Source of the DNA: a virus
Lineage: Duplodnaviria > Heunggongvirae > Uroviricota > Caudoviricetes > Ackermannviridae
Virus record (IMG/VR): IMGVR_UViG_2974515140_000001
Span: 31,280 to 95,279 of that record
DNA length: 64,000 nt
Direction: 5' to 3' (one strand)
Shown here: positions 19,154-27,860 of the stretch, in pieces
Layout: each line of letters starts with the position of its first letter
How positions within the stretch are numbered: the stretch's first letter is position 1
Position numbers and translations under genes: made by a program
Notes under the pieces: model-generated
What the model was told of the DNA's origin: nothing
What the model saw: the letters and a program-made list of their open reading frames with translations, nothing else
Database searches by the model: none

Positions 19154-21169
19154 ATGGCAGAATTCAAACCCTTCGCAACGGCAGTTAATAACAACGTGCT
19201 GGCGATGTCCGCAACTGGTCTGTTCATGACCAATATCGATAAAGATGCTCTTTGGGATCTGTATCTGGCATCTTTCCCTGCTGGTACTAACCCGCTGTAC
19301 CGCGAACGTACTGAACACGATTGCACCTGCTGTAAACAATTCATCCGTAACATCGGCGGTGTGGTCACCATCGACTCCGACCTGAACGTAATTTCCATCT
19401 GGGACGGTATTCAGTTGGGTAACGAATACGATGTTGTCGCTGCGGCGCTGTCGGCGTATGTCAAACAACACGCAATCGTCGATGTTTATTTTAACGATAC
19501 CAAGAAAGTCGGTGTTGAGTCGAATCACGAAATGAAAGACGGCAATGTCCGCACCTACAACCACTTTCACACCGACCTGCTGGGTAGCTATGTTCTGCGT
19601 CCGGACGCAATCGCTTCGAAAAAAGGTGAAATCCGCCAGGCTATTGAATTGTTTGAACGCGGTCTGCGTGAAATTACTCTGGAATCAGCTGAAATCGTTC
19701 TGGAACTGATTGACCAGAATTCTCTGTATCGCGGCGCAGAACACAAAGCAGCAGTGAAGGGATTTGTTGAAACCAAAAAGGCATATGAACAAGTCCCCGA
19801 ATCAGCCCGTTCTCTTTGGGCATGGCATACTGGATACCGTTCAAACAATCATGTTCCACACGGCATCCGTAACACAGTTATCGGCACTCTGCTGACAGAT
19901 ATCAGCGAAGGCGTGGAACTGGAAAAGGCTGTTAAATCGTTTGAATCCAAAGTTGCTCCGGCGAACTACAAACGTCCGACAGCGCTGGTTTCAAAATCCA
20001 TGATCGAAAACGCTCAGAAAGAAGTTATTGCTCTGGGTTTGGAAGACTCACTGGCGCGTCGTTATGCGGTTTATGATGATCTGACCATCAACAACGTTCT
20101 GTTTGCCGACCTGGCTGCTCAGAAAGCGATGGATCCGTTTGCTCAGCTGGCCGCCGAAGTGAAAACTCCGACCAAGTCCCTGGAAAAAGTTGAAGAGATC
20201 AGCGTTGATGATTTCCTGAGCAATGTTCTGCCAAAAGCGCATTCAATAGAAGTGCTTGTAGAGAATTCTCACACTAGCAACCTGATGTCCCTGGTTGCTC
20301 CGGCGAACCCAGATGCGCCTAACCTGTTCAAGTGGAACAACGGTTTCTCCTGGTCTTACAACGGTGAAGTGACCGATTCCATTAAAGAACGTGTAAAGGC
20401 TGCTGGCGGTAAAGTTGACGGGTATCTGCGCGTTTCCTTGGCGTGGCACAATAACGACGACCTCGATCTGCATATGTTCAACAACATGGAGCACGTTTAC
20501 TTCCGCGATCGCCGCTCTATGACAGGTGCCCATCTGGATATCGATATGAACGGTATGGATGGTATTGATCCAAACCGCGCTCCGGTGGAAAATATCATCT
20601 TTACAGATGAAAGCAAGCTGCGCGATGGTGAATACCGTTTCGAAATCCACAACTACAATCAACGTGAAAAAATCGACGAAGGGTTTGAAGTCGAAGTAGA
20701 ATACAAAGGCGCAACGCATCGTTTCAGCCATCCTGGCCTGAAAGATCAGGGGCGTATCACTGCAGTCATCCTGACTGTTAAAGACAAACAAGTTGTTGGC
20801 ATTAAGTCCGAACTGGCTAATGTTGATAAGTCTAAAGAAGTTTGGGGTATCAAGACTGCGACCTTCCAGAAAGTACAGCTGGTCCTGAATTCACCAAACC
20901 ATTGGGATGGGGAGCAAACTGGTAACAAGCACGTGTTCTTCATTCTTGAAGGCTGTGCTAATCCTGAAGGTACTCGTGGTTTCTACAACGAATATCTGAA
21001 GCCAGAACTGGATAAACATCGTAAGGTTTTTGAAATGTTGGGTAGTAAAATGAAAGTCCAGCCGAATGAAAACCAACTGTCCGGTCTGGGATTCTCAACG
21101 ACGCAACGCAACCACGTGTTCGTCAAAGTGTCCGGCGCGTTTAACCGTACTGTAAAAGTCATTTTCTAA
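19154..21169 (+). CDS. large hypothetical protein (671 aa)
   Basis: RBS aggaag. First gene of the accessory island. No family recognised by eye. Confidence 0.55.
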   Translation: MAEFKPFATAVNNNVLAMSATGLFMTNIDKDALWDLYLASFPAGTNPLYRERTEHDCTCCKQFIRNIGGVVTIDSDLNVISIWDGIQLGNEYDVVAAALSAYVKQHAIVDVYFNDTKKVGVESNHEMKDGNVRTYNHFHTDLLGSYVLRPDAIASKKGEIRQAIELFERGLREITLESAEIVLELIDQNSLYRGAEHKAAVKGFVETKKAYEQVPESARSLWAWHTGYRSNNHVPHGIRNTVIGTLLTDISEGVELEKAVKSFESKVAPANYKRPTALVSKSMIENAQKEVIALGLEDSLARRYAVYDDLTINNVLFADLAAQKAMDPFAQLAAEVKTPTKSLEKVEEISVDDFLSNVLPKAHSIEVLVENSHTSNLMSLVAPANPDAPNLFKWNNGFSWSYNGEVTDSIKERVKAAGGKVDGYLRVSLAWHNNDDLDLHMFNNMEHVYFRDRRSMTGAHLDIDMNGMDGIDPNRAPVENIIFTDESKLRDGEYRFEIHNYNQREKIDEGFEVEVEYKGATHRFSHPGLKDQGRITAVILTVKDKQVVGIKSELANVDKSKEVWGIKTATFQKVQLVLNSPNHWDGEQTGNKHVFFILEGCANPEGTRGFYNEYLKPELDKHRKVFEMLGSKMKVQPNENQLSGLGFSTTQRNHVFVKVSGAFNRTVKVIF

Positions 21170-21207
21170 TTGATTTTGACCACAAATTCGTAATAAGGAA
21201 CAATGAA

Positions 21208-21579
21208 ATGTTTGATCAAGCAACCCGTTTAAAACTGCGTTTCAACTCTAACAAAGGTCTGCTGTCTGTTGAGCAGGTTTGGGATCTGAACCTGAATGCC
21301 CTAAACGAACTGGCGAAAGACCTCAGCCGTCAGGTGAAGGAAGCCGCCAGCGATGAAGAAGATTTCATCGGCGTGAAAAGCGCAGTCGACTCTCAGTTAC
21401 AACTGCGTTTCGATATCGTGAAAGCGATCATCGGTGTTAAACTGAAAGAACGTGACGAAAGCGCAACCGCCGCCGAACGTAAAGCGAACAACCAGGCGAT
21501 CATGGAACTGATCCAGCGTAAGAAACAGCAGGAACTGGAAGGTCTCTCTGTTGAAGAACTGGAAAAACTCCTGAAATAA
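21208..21579 (+). CDS. hypothetical coiled-coil protein
   Basis: 123 aa with RBS aaggaa. A terminator follows. Confidence 0.45.
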   Translation: MFDQATRLKLRFNSNKGLLSVEQVWDLNLNALNELAKDLSRQVKEAASDEEDFIGVKSAVDSQLQLRFDIVKAIIGVKLKERDESATAAERKANNQAIMELIQRKKQQELEGLSVEELEKLLK

Positions 21580-21601
21580 TCTGTCGGCTCCGGCCTGAGC
21601 A

Positions 21602-21628
21602 ACCCCGCCGTGTGCGGGGTTTCTTTTA
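21602..21628 (+). terminator. rho-independent terminator
   Basis: ccccgccgtgtgcgggg followed by tttctttt. Confidence 0.6.
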
Positions 21629-21638
21629 GGTAAAGAAT

Positions 21639-22013
21639 ATGAAACCTGTCGTCTGTGATTACTGCGGTCAACCTCCTCAATACGTCGGGGGCGATGCTGT
21701 ATACCCCCACCGCCCAGACCTCCGCAATCTGAAGTTCTGGGTATGCACTCCATGTGACGCTCGTGTGGGTTGCCATACCCATGGGGATGGAAAGACCCCT
21801 CTGGGAAGGATGGCGAATGCCGCTCTCCGTGCTGCTAAGCAGGAAGCTCATAGGTCGTTTGACCCTATCTGGAAAAGTGGGCAGAGGAGCAGGAGTGATG
21901 CTTACAGCTGGCTGGCTCATAATCTGGGGATCAAGAAGCGCGATTGCCATATCGGCTTGTTCGATATCGTCATGTGCCGTAAAGTAGTGGAGGTCTGTAA
22001 ACAAATATCATAG
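21639..22013 (+). CDS. DUF3268-like zinc-finger domain protein
   Basis: CDYCG...CTPCDARVGCH...G.MAN..LR..K...H..FD..WKSG..SR..AY.WLA..LGI....CHIG.FD matches the phage zinc-finger-containing domain. Confidence 0.5.
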   Translation: MKPVVCDYCGQPPQYVGGDAVYPHRPDLRNLKFWVCTPCDARVGCHTHGDGKTPLGRMANAALRAAKQEAHRSFDPIWKSGQRSRSDAYSWLAHNLGIKKRDCHIGLFDIVMCRKVVEVCKQIS

Positions 22014-22021
22014 GATAACAC

Positions 22022-22894
22022 ATGACAACTCGTACTGGCATCAAACTCACTCCTGAAGTCCTGAAGTCACATATCGCTGAGGTGATTTACGAAGACCGCG
22101 AAGTCGGCGGTCACCGGGTTATCACTTGTCATTTCAAGATGGATAACGGCTTCGTCGTTCACGGCACCAAGCCCAGCACATCCATAGACCCGGCCAACTT
22201 CGATGAAGCCCTGGGCAAAGAGATTTCCTACAATAACACCTTCGACCAGCTGTGGCAGCTGGAGGCGTACCGGGCGCTTGTTGAACAAGATCTGTTGGCC
22301 AAAGCCACGGAAACGGCAGAGATCCGGATCGATCAATACGCTGTTGAACGTAGCGCCCTCTGCCCGGCCTATCACCTCGGCTTCAATGTGATGATTCAGG
22401 ACGTGATGTTCAGAGCGGAAAATGGCGAGCGCTTCTTGGCGTCTTTCGTTTGTGGGCCGGATGACATGGAACTTGTTGTTGACTCTCACAACGCCAAATC
22501 TCGTAAGGCTGTTAGTGATTTCCTGCGCGCCAACTCCAAACTCGATCTCACTTATTCGCCATTGGTTCTGCGCATCGCCAAGATTTGTCATGAAGCCAAC
22601 CGCGCATACTGCAAGTCTGTTGGTGACGACTCTCAACTGCCTTGGGAACAATCTCCGGCCTGGCAGCGTGAGAGCGCTTGCAAAGGTGTTATCTTCCATC
22701 TCACTGGTGATCGTAAGCCCAGAGAATCGCATGAGAGCTGGATGGCGGAGAAGGAGGCTGAGGGATGGGTGTATGGCCCAGTCAAAGACCCTCAGACCAA
22801 GCAACACCCTTGCATGGTTCCGTATGGAGAACTCCCGGTACAACAACGCTCCAAAGATTATATTTTCAAATCCATTGTAGACTCCTTTAAATAA
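22022..22894 (+). CDS. RyR (ryanodine-receptor) domain protein
   Basis: C-terminal WMAEKEAEGWVYGPVKD...KQHPCMVPYGELPVQQRSKD fits the RyR repeat consensus. Confidence 0.5.
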   Translation: MTTRTGIKLTPEVLKSHIAEVIYEDREVGGHRVITCHFKMDNGFVVHGTKPSTSIDPANFDEALGKEISYNNTFDQLWQLEAYRALVEQDLLAKATETAEIRIDQYAVERSALCPAYHLGFNVMIQDVMFRAENGERFLASFVCGPDDMELVVDSHNAKSRKAVSDFLRANSKLDLTYSPLVLRIAKICHEANRAYCKSVGDDSQLPWEQSPAWQRESACKGVIFHLTGDRKPRESHESWMAEKEAEGWVYGPVKDPQTKQHPCMVPYGELPVQQRSKDYIFKSIVDSFK

Positions 22895-22928
22895 GCTCTG
22901 AATAATATTTCAACCTGTCAATAATATA

Positions 22929-22960
22929 ATGCCCGGTTATATTCAATCGGGCATTTTTAT
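22929..22960 (+). terminator. rho-independent terminator
   Basis: tgcccggttatattcaatcgggca followed by ttttt. Confidence 0.55.
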
Positions 22961-23044
22961 TATATTAATTGGCATCAATACCGCCTGTCGTAATATAATA
23001 GTCCCATGTTGAAATAGTTGGGAAATATAACTCACGAGAGCCTG

Positions 23045-23221
23045 ATGACCGACAACAAATTAAAACGCGCCGGACTTGATTGTCTTGACAATTCATTCCG
23101 TCCCAGTGATGTTCTGGTCGCCCAAATGGAAAACAACCGGGATTTCATTGAAACTATGCTGGAGAACGCCGACGCGAACTCCAAACACTCCAAAGCCCAA
23201 AAAGGTCAAAACGATGATTGA
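23045..23221 (+). CDS. small hypothetical protein
   Basis: 59 aa. Its stop overlaps the start of the vWA gene. Confidence 0.3.
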   Translation: MTDNKLKRAGLDCLDNSFRPSDVLVAQMENNRDFIETMLENADANSKHSKAQKGQNDD

Positions 23222-25430
23222 ATCATTAACATTTAAGAATGCGGTTGCGACCGTCGCGCCGTCTAACCATGTAATCGTTGTAGATATCTCCGGTTCCATG
23301 TATCGTTCACTTCCAGAAGTCCGTAAGCATCTGAAGGAGAACCTGCCTTCCCTGGTGAAACCGGAAGATACTGTGAGCATCCTTTACTTTTCATCTCGCG
23401 GTGATTTCGGAACGGTATTTGCCGGACGTCAGATTAACAGTGCAACCGACCTCAGTGAGATCAATAATCTAATTGACCGTTTCCTGAAGCCTTCTGGTTG
23501 TACTGGTTTTGTTGAGCCGCTGAAACTGGCTGCGGAAACTGCCATTAGCCTGAATAAACCTGGTTATGTTAACAACCTGGCATTCATGACCGACGGATAT
23601 GACAACTGCTGGCGTTCTAATGAAATCCTGGATGCCGCTGAAGTACTGCCCAAAGCGTTTGATAACATTACCTTCATCGAATACGGTTGGTATTGTAATC
23701 GCGAACTGCTGGCGCTAATGGCAGAACGTTCTGGTGCGACCCACGTATTCGCCGAAGGCCAGAATGAATATCAGACCGAATTGGAAAACGTGCTGAAAAC
23801 TTCTTCACCGAAAGTTGTAGTCGATGTTCCTCTGGTTTATACCCATGCCATTTATGTTGAAAATGGCGTGGCGACTGTTTTAGCTGTGCATCCTGATGAA
23901 GAGCACCCTATTGGCCACGTCAGCATCCCTGAAAGCGTTTCTCAGCTGTGGGTTGTAAACCCCAACATGATCGACCAGCTGGACAATCTGGCCGACATCC
24001 AGGCGGCATACGTGCTGGCATTTTATGGCGTGTATACCATGGATGCCGATCTGGTTTGGGCTGCACTGAAGAAGACAGGAGACGTCCGCTTCATCAAACA
24101 GTACAGCAACTGTTTCACCAAGCAGGACTATTCCAACATCAAAGTTGACCTGACCCAGGCTATCGTGGATGAAACTTTGCGCGGCGTAGATGGTATCGAT
24201 TACAACATGGTTCCAGCTGAAGATGCGACGACCATTGTTGATGTCTTGACCTATCTGGCCGAAGCCGACGTCTCTGTTGTCACTAAGCATCCGTTGTTCT
24301 CTTACAACAGCATCGGTCGCGGAACTGTGCAGAAAGTTGATGACACAGAAGACAAGCTGGCTGAACAAATCGCCGAAGCCAAAACCAAAGCAGAGCGTAA
24401 AGCGCTGGCTCTTAAACTGGCCGAGCACGAAGATTGGACGCCGGAATTTACTCCGGTTGACGACAAAGGGATTGTCCCAATTAGCAATCTGGTCTACAAT
24501 TCAGAGCGCCCTAACATCAGCATTCAGACCGTTCAGCACGGGACGGTTGTTGTGCCGGAGTTCGTACAGAAGAAATATGAACTCCCTGAAGAACTGGGAA
24601 CCTGGCGTTATCGTAATTACACCATCGTCAAAGATGGCATCATCAACCTGAAGACGATGCCGATTACTGCTGAATCTCCGATTGTCCGAGCTAAGGTTGT
24701 CCAAGATTTGACTGCCATGGGCGTTAATGTATTTGGTGGTCCGGAAATCTTCATCGTTAATTTAGAAAGCGTTCCAATGGTCAACCGCGCCATGACCAAG
24801 AACATCAGTGCTGCCGAATTCTTCGCTGACAACGTTCGTCGCGAAGCGCTGAAGGCAAAACAGAAAGTTCTGAAATTCTATCGTGATGAACTGGTTGGCA
24901 AAGGTAATGCAACAGGCCTGGCGTCTAAATATGGTAAAGACGCCGCCGATTTCTTGTCAGCAAATGGTATTCGAGACTACGGGTTCTCGCCGAAAACTAC
25001 TTCTGTGGAATCAACCGACGTCTACATGAGTCGTGAACTGAACGTGAAAATCAAAGGTGCTTCGTCGCTGCCGAGTATTGCGTCTGTTGTTAAAAAGCAA
25101 GCAGACGGTAAAAAACTGAATGTCGCTGATCAGTTGATTGCTAATGCTCTGGCCGAATACAACGCTTTTGTTAAATCTCCAATGATCACCAGCGTACCTG
25201 AAGAGACTCAGAAAAAGCTGATTGAAAGTTGGATTGGCGACGCAGCAAAAGCAGCCATCAACGAAGTCCGCGCCCTGAACAAAACGCTGTCTAAAGTAGT
25301 TTACGGCATCGTCGCTGGTCATGGTTGGTTCACTGATTTGGATCTGGAAGAGTCTACGATGGATGTAGAAGTTGATGGGGTGAAATACACCGTCACTGCC
25401 GAACTGGCCGAAAAAGAAATCAAGATCTAA
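23214..25430 (+). CDS. von Willebrand factor A domain protein (739 aa)
   Basis: MIDAS residues VVDISGSM, then T, then MTDGYDN at the N-terminus, followed by about 500 aa of unknown extension. Confidence 0.65.
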   Translation: MIESLTFKNAVATVAPSNHVIVVDISGSMYRSLPEVRKHLKENLPSLVKPEDTVSILYFSSRGDFGTVFAGRQINSATDLSEINNLIDRFLKPSGCTGFVEPLKLAAETAISLNKPGYVNNLAFMTDGYDNCWRSNEILDAAEVLPKAFDNITFIEYGWYCNRELLALMAERSGATHVFAEGQNEYQTELENVLKTSSPKVVVDVPLVYTHAIYVENGVATVLAVHPDEEHPIGHVSIPESVSQLWVVNPNMIDQLDNLADIQAAYVLAFYGVYTMDADLVWAALKKTGDVRFIKQYSNCFTKQDYSNIKVDLTQAIVDETLRGVDGIDYNMVPAEDATTIVDVLTYLAEADVSVVTKHPLFSYNSIGRGTVQKVDDTEDKLAEQIAEAKTKAERKALALKLAEHEDWTPEFTPVDDKGIVPISNLVYNSERPNISIQTVQHGTVVVPEFVQKKYELPEELGTWRYRNYTIVKDGIINLKTMPITAESPIVRAKVVQDLTAMGVNVFGGPEIFIVNLESVPMVNRAMTKNISAAEFFADNVRREALKAKQKVLKFYRDELVGKGNATGLASKYGKDAADFLSANGIRDYGFSPKTTSVESTDVYMSRELNVKIKGASSLPSIASVVKKQADGKKLNVADQLIANALAEYNAFVKSPMITSVPEETQKKLIESWIGDAAKAAINEVRALNKTLSKVVYGIVAGHGWFTDLDLEESTMDVEVDGVKYTVTAELAEKEIKI

Positions 25431-25468
25431 ATCTAATTGGCGGGGCCAACCCGCCTTACTTTCAGGAA

Positions 25469-25786
25469 ATGAATATGAGCAACAAACCGACTTATGTTGA
25501 TGTAATGCGCGTTTTGGCCCAATACGCGTGTGACAATCTAAACATGGAAACTTGGCGCAACGGCGACCATAAAGAAAAGTTCGATAATATCGACGACAAC
25601 ATTGATGCGTTGGCTCCTCTTCGGGCCAAGAGCGATCTTGGTGGTGATGATCTTGACATGATTGAACTCATCATGGAAGTTGAAGAACAATATGATGTTG
25701 AAATCAGCGATGAATGGGTAGGTAAACATGGTGATGACCCCACGCTCGGCGCATTGGCTGAATTGGTAGTTGCCCTCAGTAAGTAA
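25469..25786 (+). CDS. acyl-carrier-protein-like acidic protein lacking the phosphopantetheine Ser
   Basis: DLGGDDLDMIELIMEVEEQYDVEI parallels the ACP [20 protein letters not shown] helix II, but Asp replaces the Ser. Confidence 0.4.
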   Translation: MNMSNKPTYVDVMRVLAQYACDNLNMETWRNGDHKEKFDNIDDNIDALAPLRAKSDLGGDDLDMIELIMEVEEQYDVEISDEWVGKHGDDPTLGALAELVVALSK

Positions 25787-25794
25787 CCAAAAGA

Positions 25795-25821
25795 ATCCCC
25801 AATAAAATATTGGGGATTTTT
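25795..25821 (+). terminator. rho-independent terminator
   Basis: atccccaataaaatattggggat followed by ttttt. Confidence 0.6.
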
Positions 25822-25832
25822 ACTTTTAGGGG

Positions 25833-25861
25833 TTTACTTCCTCTAAAGAATGTCCTATTAT
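25833..25861 (+). promoter_or_regulatory. T4-type early promoter (TTTACT-17-TATTAT)
   Basis: GGTTTACTTCC then 17 nt then TATTAT. A second TTTACT lies 14 nt upstream. Confidence 0.5.
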
Positions 25862-25907
25862 TCAATAACTGGCTAACGTGGGGTTGGCTAGAAAAAGGAG
25901 ATACAAA

Positions 25908-26043
25908 ATGAAACTACCAGGTCACATTGAAGTTTATATGCGGTTATACAAAGAAGGTAACGCCGCTGCTAAAGAACTACACGAACTGATTTTGTCATAC
26001 GGCGTTAAGTCCGTTACAGGAGTAAAGAACAAAAAAAAATAGA
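25908..26043 (+). CDS. small ORF ending at an A9 tract, possibly fused by -1 slippage to the frame ending at 26148
   Basis: Strong RBS aaaaggagatacaaaATG. A stop follows A9 immediately. The -1 frame continues as a coherent peptide (IDGEYVSINGRGLKTNPTYFVGVHLDTGKEVVEIVA). Confidence 0.4.
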
Positions 26044-26148
26044 CGGCGAATATGTGTCAATCAATGGGCGTGGTCTGAAAACCAACCCAACATATTTTGT
26101 GGGTGTCCATTTAGACACAGGGAAAGAAGTCGTGGAGATCGTGGCATA

Positions 26149-26388
26149 ATGTCTAATAAGAAAGTTGAAACGACGGTAGAAATTGATCGTAATTGGGGAT
26201 TACTCCGCGCTAAAGGTTTTCGTCGCGTTTATATGACCAAGGAAGTTTATGTTCAGCGTCGTGACGTTATTATCAGCAAGAAAGGTAAAGACTGGGTTGC
26301 CGAAGAAGTCGATGTTGAGACTGGCGTCGTCGGCAAGGTGAAGGCCAAGGCCGCGATCCTCTTCGCTCTTCTGAAGCATATCAATTAA
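26149..26388 (+). CDS. hypothetical protein
   Basis: 79-aa ORF whose ATG overlaps the preceding stop. Confidence 0.45.
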   Translation: MSNKKVETTVEIDRNWGLLRAKGFRRVYMTKEVYVQRRDVIISKKGKDWVAEEVDVETGVVGKVKAKAAILFALLKHIN

Positions 26389-26401
26389 TTCTATAATTTA
26401 C

Positions 26402-26428
26402 GGCGGGGTATGATTACCCCGCCTATTT
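26402..26428 (+). terminator. rho-independent terminator
   Basis: ggcggggtatgattaccccgcc followed by tattt. Confidence 0.55.
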
Positions 26429-26448
26429 GAAATTGCAGGAACTATATC

Positions 26449-26955
26449 ATGACCGACCAACAAATTCAAAATTTATTTTATCTTGTCCATGATAAGTCCC
26501 ACGTCATGCGTCCTGGCACCGTTTCCCCCACTATCCGTGATCTGGTAAAAGATTTACGTGTACCCCAGACCACCTCACTTTATCGAGGGTTGCCCAGGGA
26601 GGACGTTGCGCGCTTGGAATCTATGCTCGAGCGGGGTGATATGTTTCAAACATGGGATTCATGCCTGAGTTTCAGTGAGTTCAAACATGTCGCGAAAAAA
26701 TTTGCTAGAGCGTATGGGACAAACGCTGTTCTCCGCGTTTGTTTCAATCACAGGAAGCAACTTCCGGAGGGGCTTAATGTCTTTGGTTCTTTAGATAAAT
26801 TCGTAAATAAACAAGACGAATCAGAAATGGATATGTTGGTCTTAGCATCTATAGAAAAAGAATGGATATTTTGCCAACCTCGTGTAATGCCTGTTTCAAG
26901 AAAAATCCAGGTAGACGGGACAACCGTTTTTACTGTGTCGCTCGTTACTCTATAA
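26449..26955 (+). CDS. hypothetical protein
   Basis: 168 aa, starts MTDQ. Preceded by a duplicated about 40-nt leader. Confidence 0.5.
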   Translation: MTDQQIQNLFYLVHDKSHVMRPGTVSPTIRDLVKDLRVPQTTSLYRGLPREDVARLESMLERGDMFQTWDSCLSFSEFKHVAKKFARAYGTNAVLRVCFNHRKQLPEGLNVFGSLDKFVNKQDESEMDMLVLASIEKEWIFCQPRVMPVSRKIQVDGTTVFTVSLVTL

Positions 26956-27007
26956 CCACAGGTGAGGTAATCATACCCCGCCTATTTGAAATTGCAGGAA
27001 CTATATC

Positions 27008-27286
27008 ATGACAGATCAAAGAAGTATTGCTCGTTCGGAAATCAAAGATATTATACAGAGCAAGACCAACGAAACTCATGCTCAATCCAGAATGCTATCT
27101 CGATTTGTTGAAATTAAGTTCGACATTGAAGAGAATAACAATCGGAGAGCGCTGGAGGGGATGTTGGCGATTATCTTGCGCCACGTCACCGATTCAACAT
27201 ATGATATGGATGATTTAACTCGTTTGTTGAACGCCCAGAATATCGTTGGGACTTCTGTTCGTGAATTGCTGTTTAAGTCTGAATGA
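27008..27286 (+). CDS. hypothetical protein
   Basis: 92 aa, starts MTDQ. Preceded by the second copy of the leader. Confidence 0.5.
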   Translation: MTDQRSIARSEIKDIIQSKTNETHAQSRMLSRFVEIKFDIEENNNRRALEGMLAIILRHVTDSTYDMDDLTRLLNAQNIVGTSVRELLFKSE

Positions 27287-27323
27287 ACTAACTAAGGGAT
27301 AACCCTATATCCCGAGGTGTATC

Positions 27324-27773
27324 ATGTTTCTTACATCCTTTATTGACTGGATGAATATCATAAATGGCCTGAGGATTCCTGTTGGGAATCTCGGGCTTTC
27401 GCGTTCTTCTATGCCACAAATCGATGCCGATAAACAAGAAGATTTTCACAAATATCTTGAAGATAATGGCGTGTCCATAGATGCCGCACAAGTGCCCATC
27501 AAAATGCTTCGTCTTACCCAGAATGAAATCAATAAAATGAAGGTCTGGAAGATCATGAAGCAAATCAGAAATAAGAAACCCATGGGTCGAGTTTGGGTGT
27601 CTTCTGACAATTACGTTGTTGACGGTTCTCACCGATTTGTCGCTGCGTTGAACATGGATGGTAAACAGCGAATGAAGGTCTACAAAGTTGATTTACCCGC
27701 GATGGAATTCGTAAAACTCGCCAAACAATTTCAGGGTGTGCGGTACAGAACGGTCTCAGATTCGAGATACTAA
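27324..27773 (+). CDS. ParB/Srx-fold nuclease-like domain protein
   Basis: The VVDGSHRFVAA motif (DGxHR) is typical of the ParB N-terminal domain. Confidence 0.35.
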   Translation: MFLTSFIDWMNIINGLRIPVGNLGLSRSSMPQIDADKQEDFHKYLEDNGVSIDAAQVPIKMLRLTQNEINKMKVWKIMKQIRNKKPMGRVWVSSDNYVVDGSHRFVAALNMDGKQRMKVYKVDLPAMEFVKLAKQFQGVRYRTVSDSRY

Positions 27774-27860
27774 GTTTCTGAATACGATAGTTTATTGAAA
27801 CCCTTTACTCAACATGGTGAGCCGACTATCATTTTATCCAATGAAATAAGGAGAATCACC

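Noticed and set aside
26957-26985. Second copy of the 26402 terminator hairpin
   Set aside because: The stem has two mismatches (ggtgagg against ccccgcc) and is probably non-functional. It is treated as a degenerate repeat copy, not a terminator.
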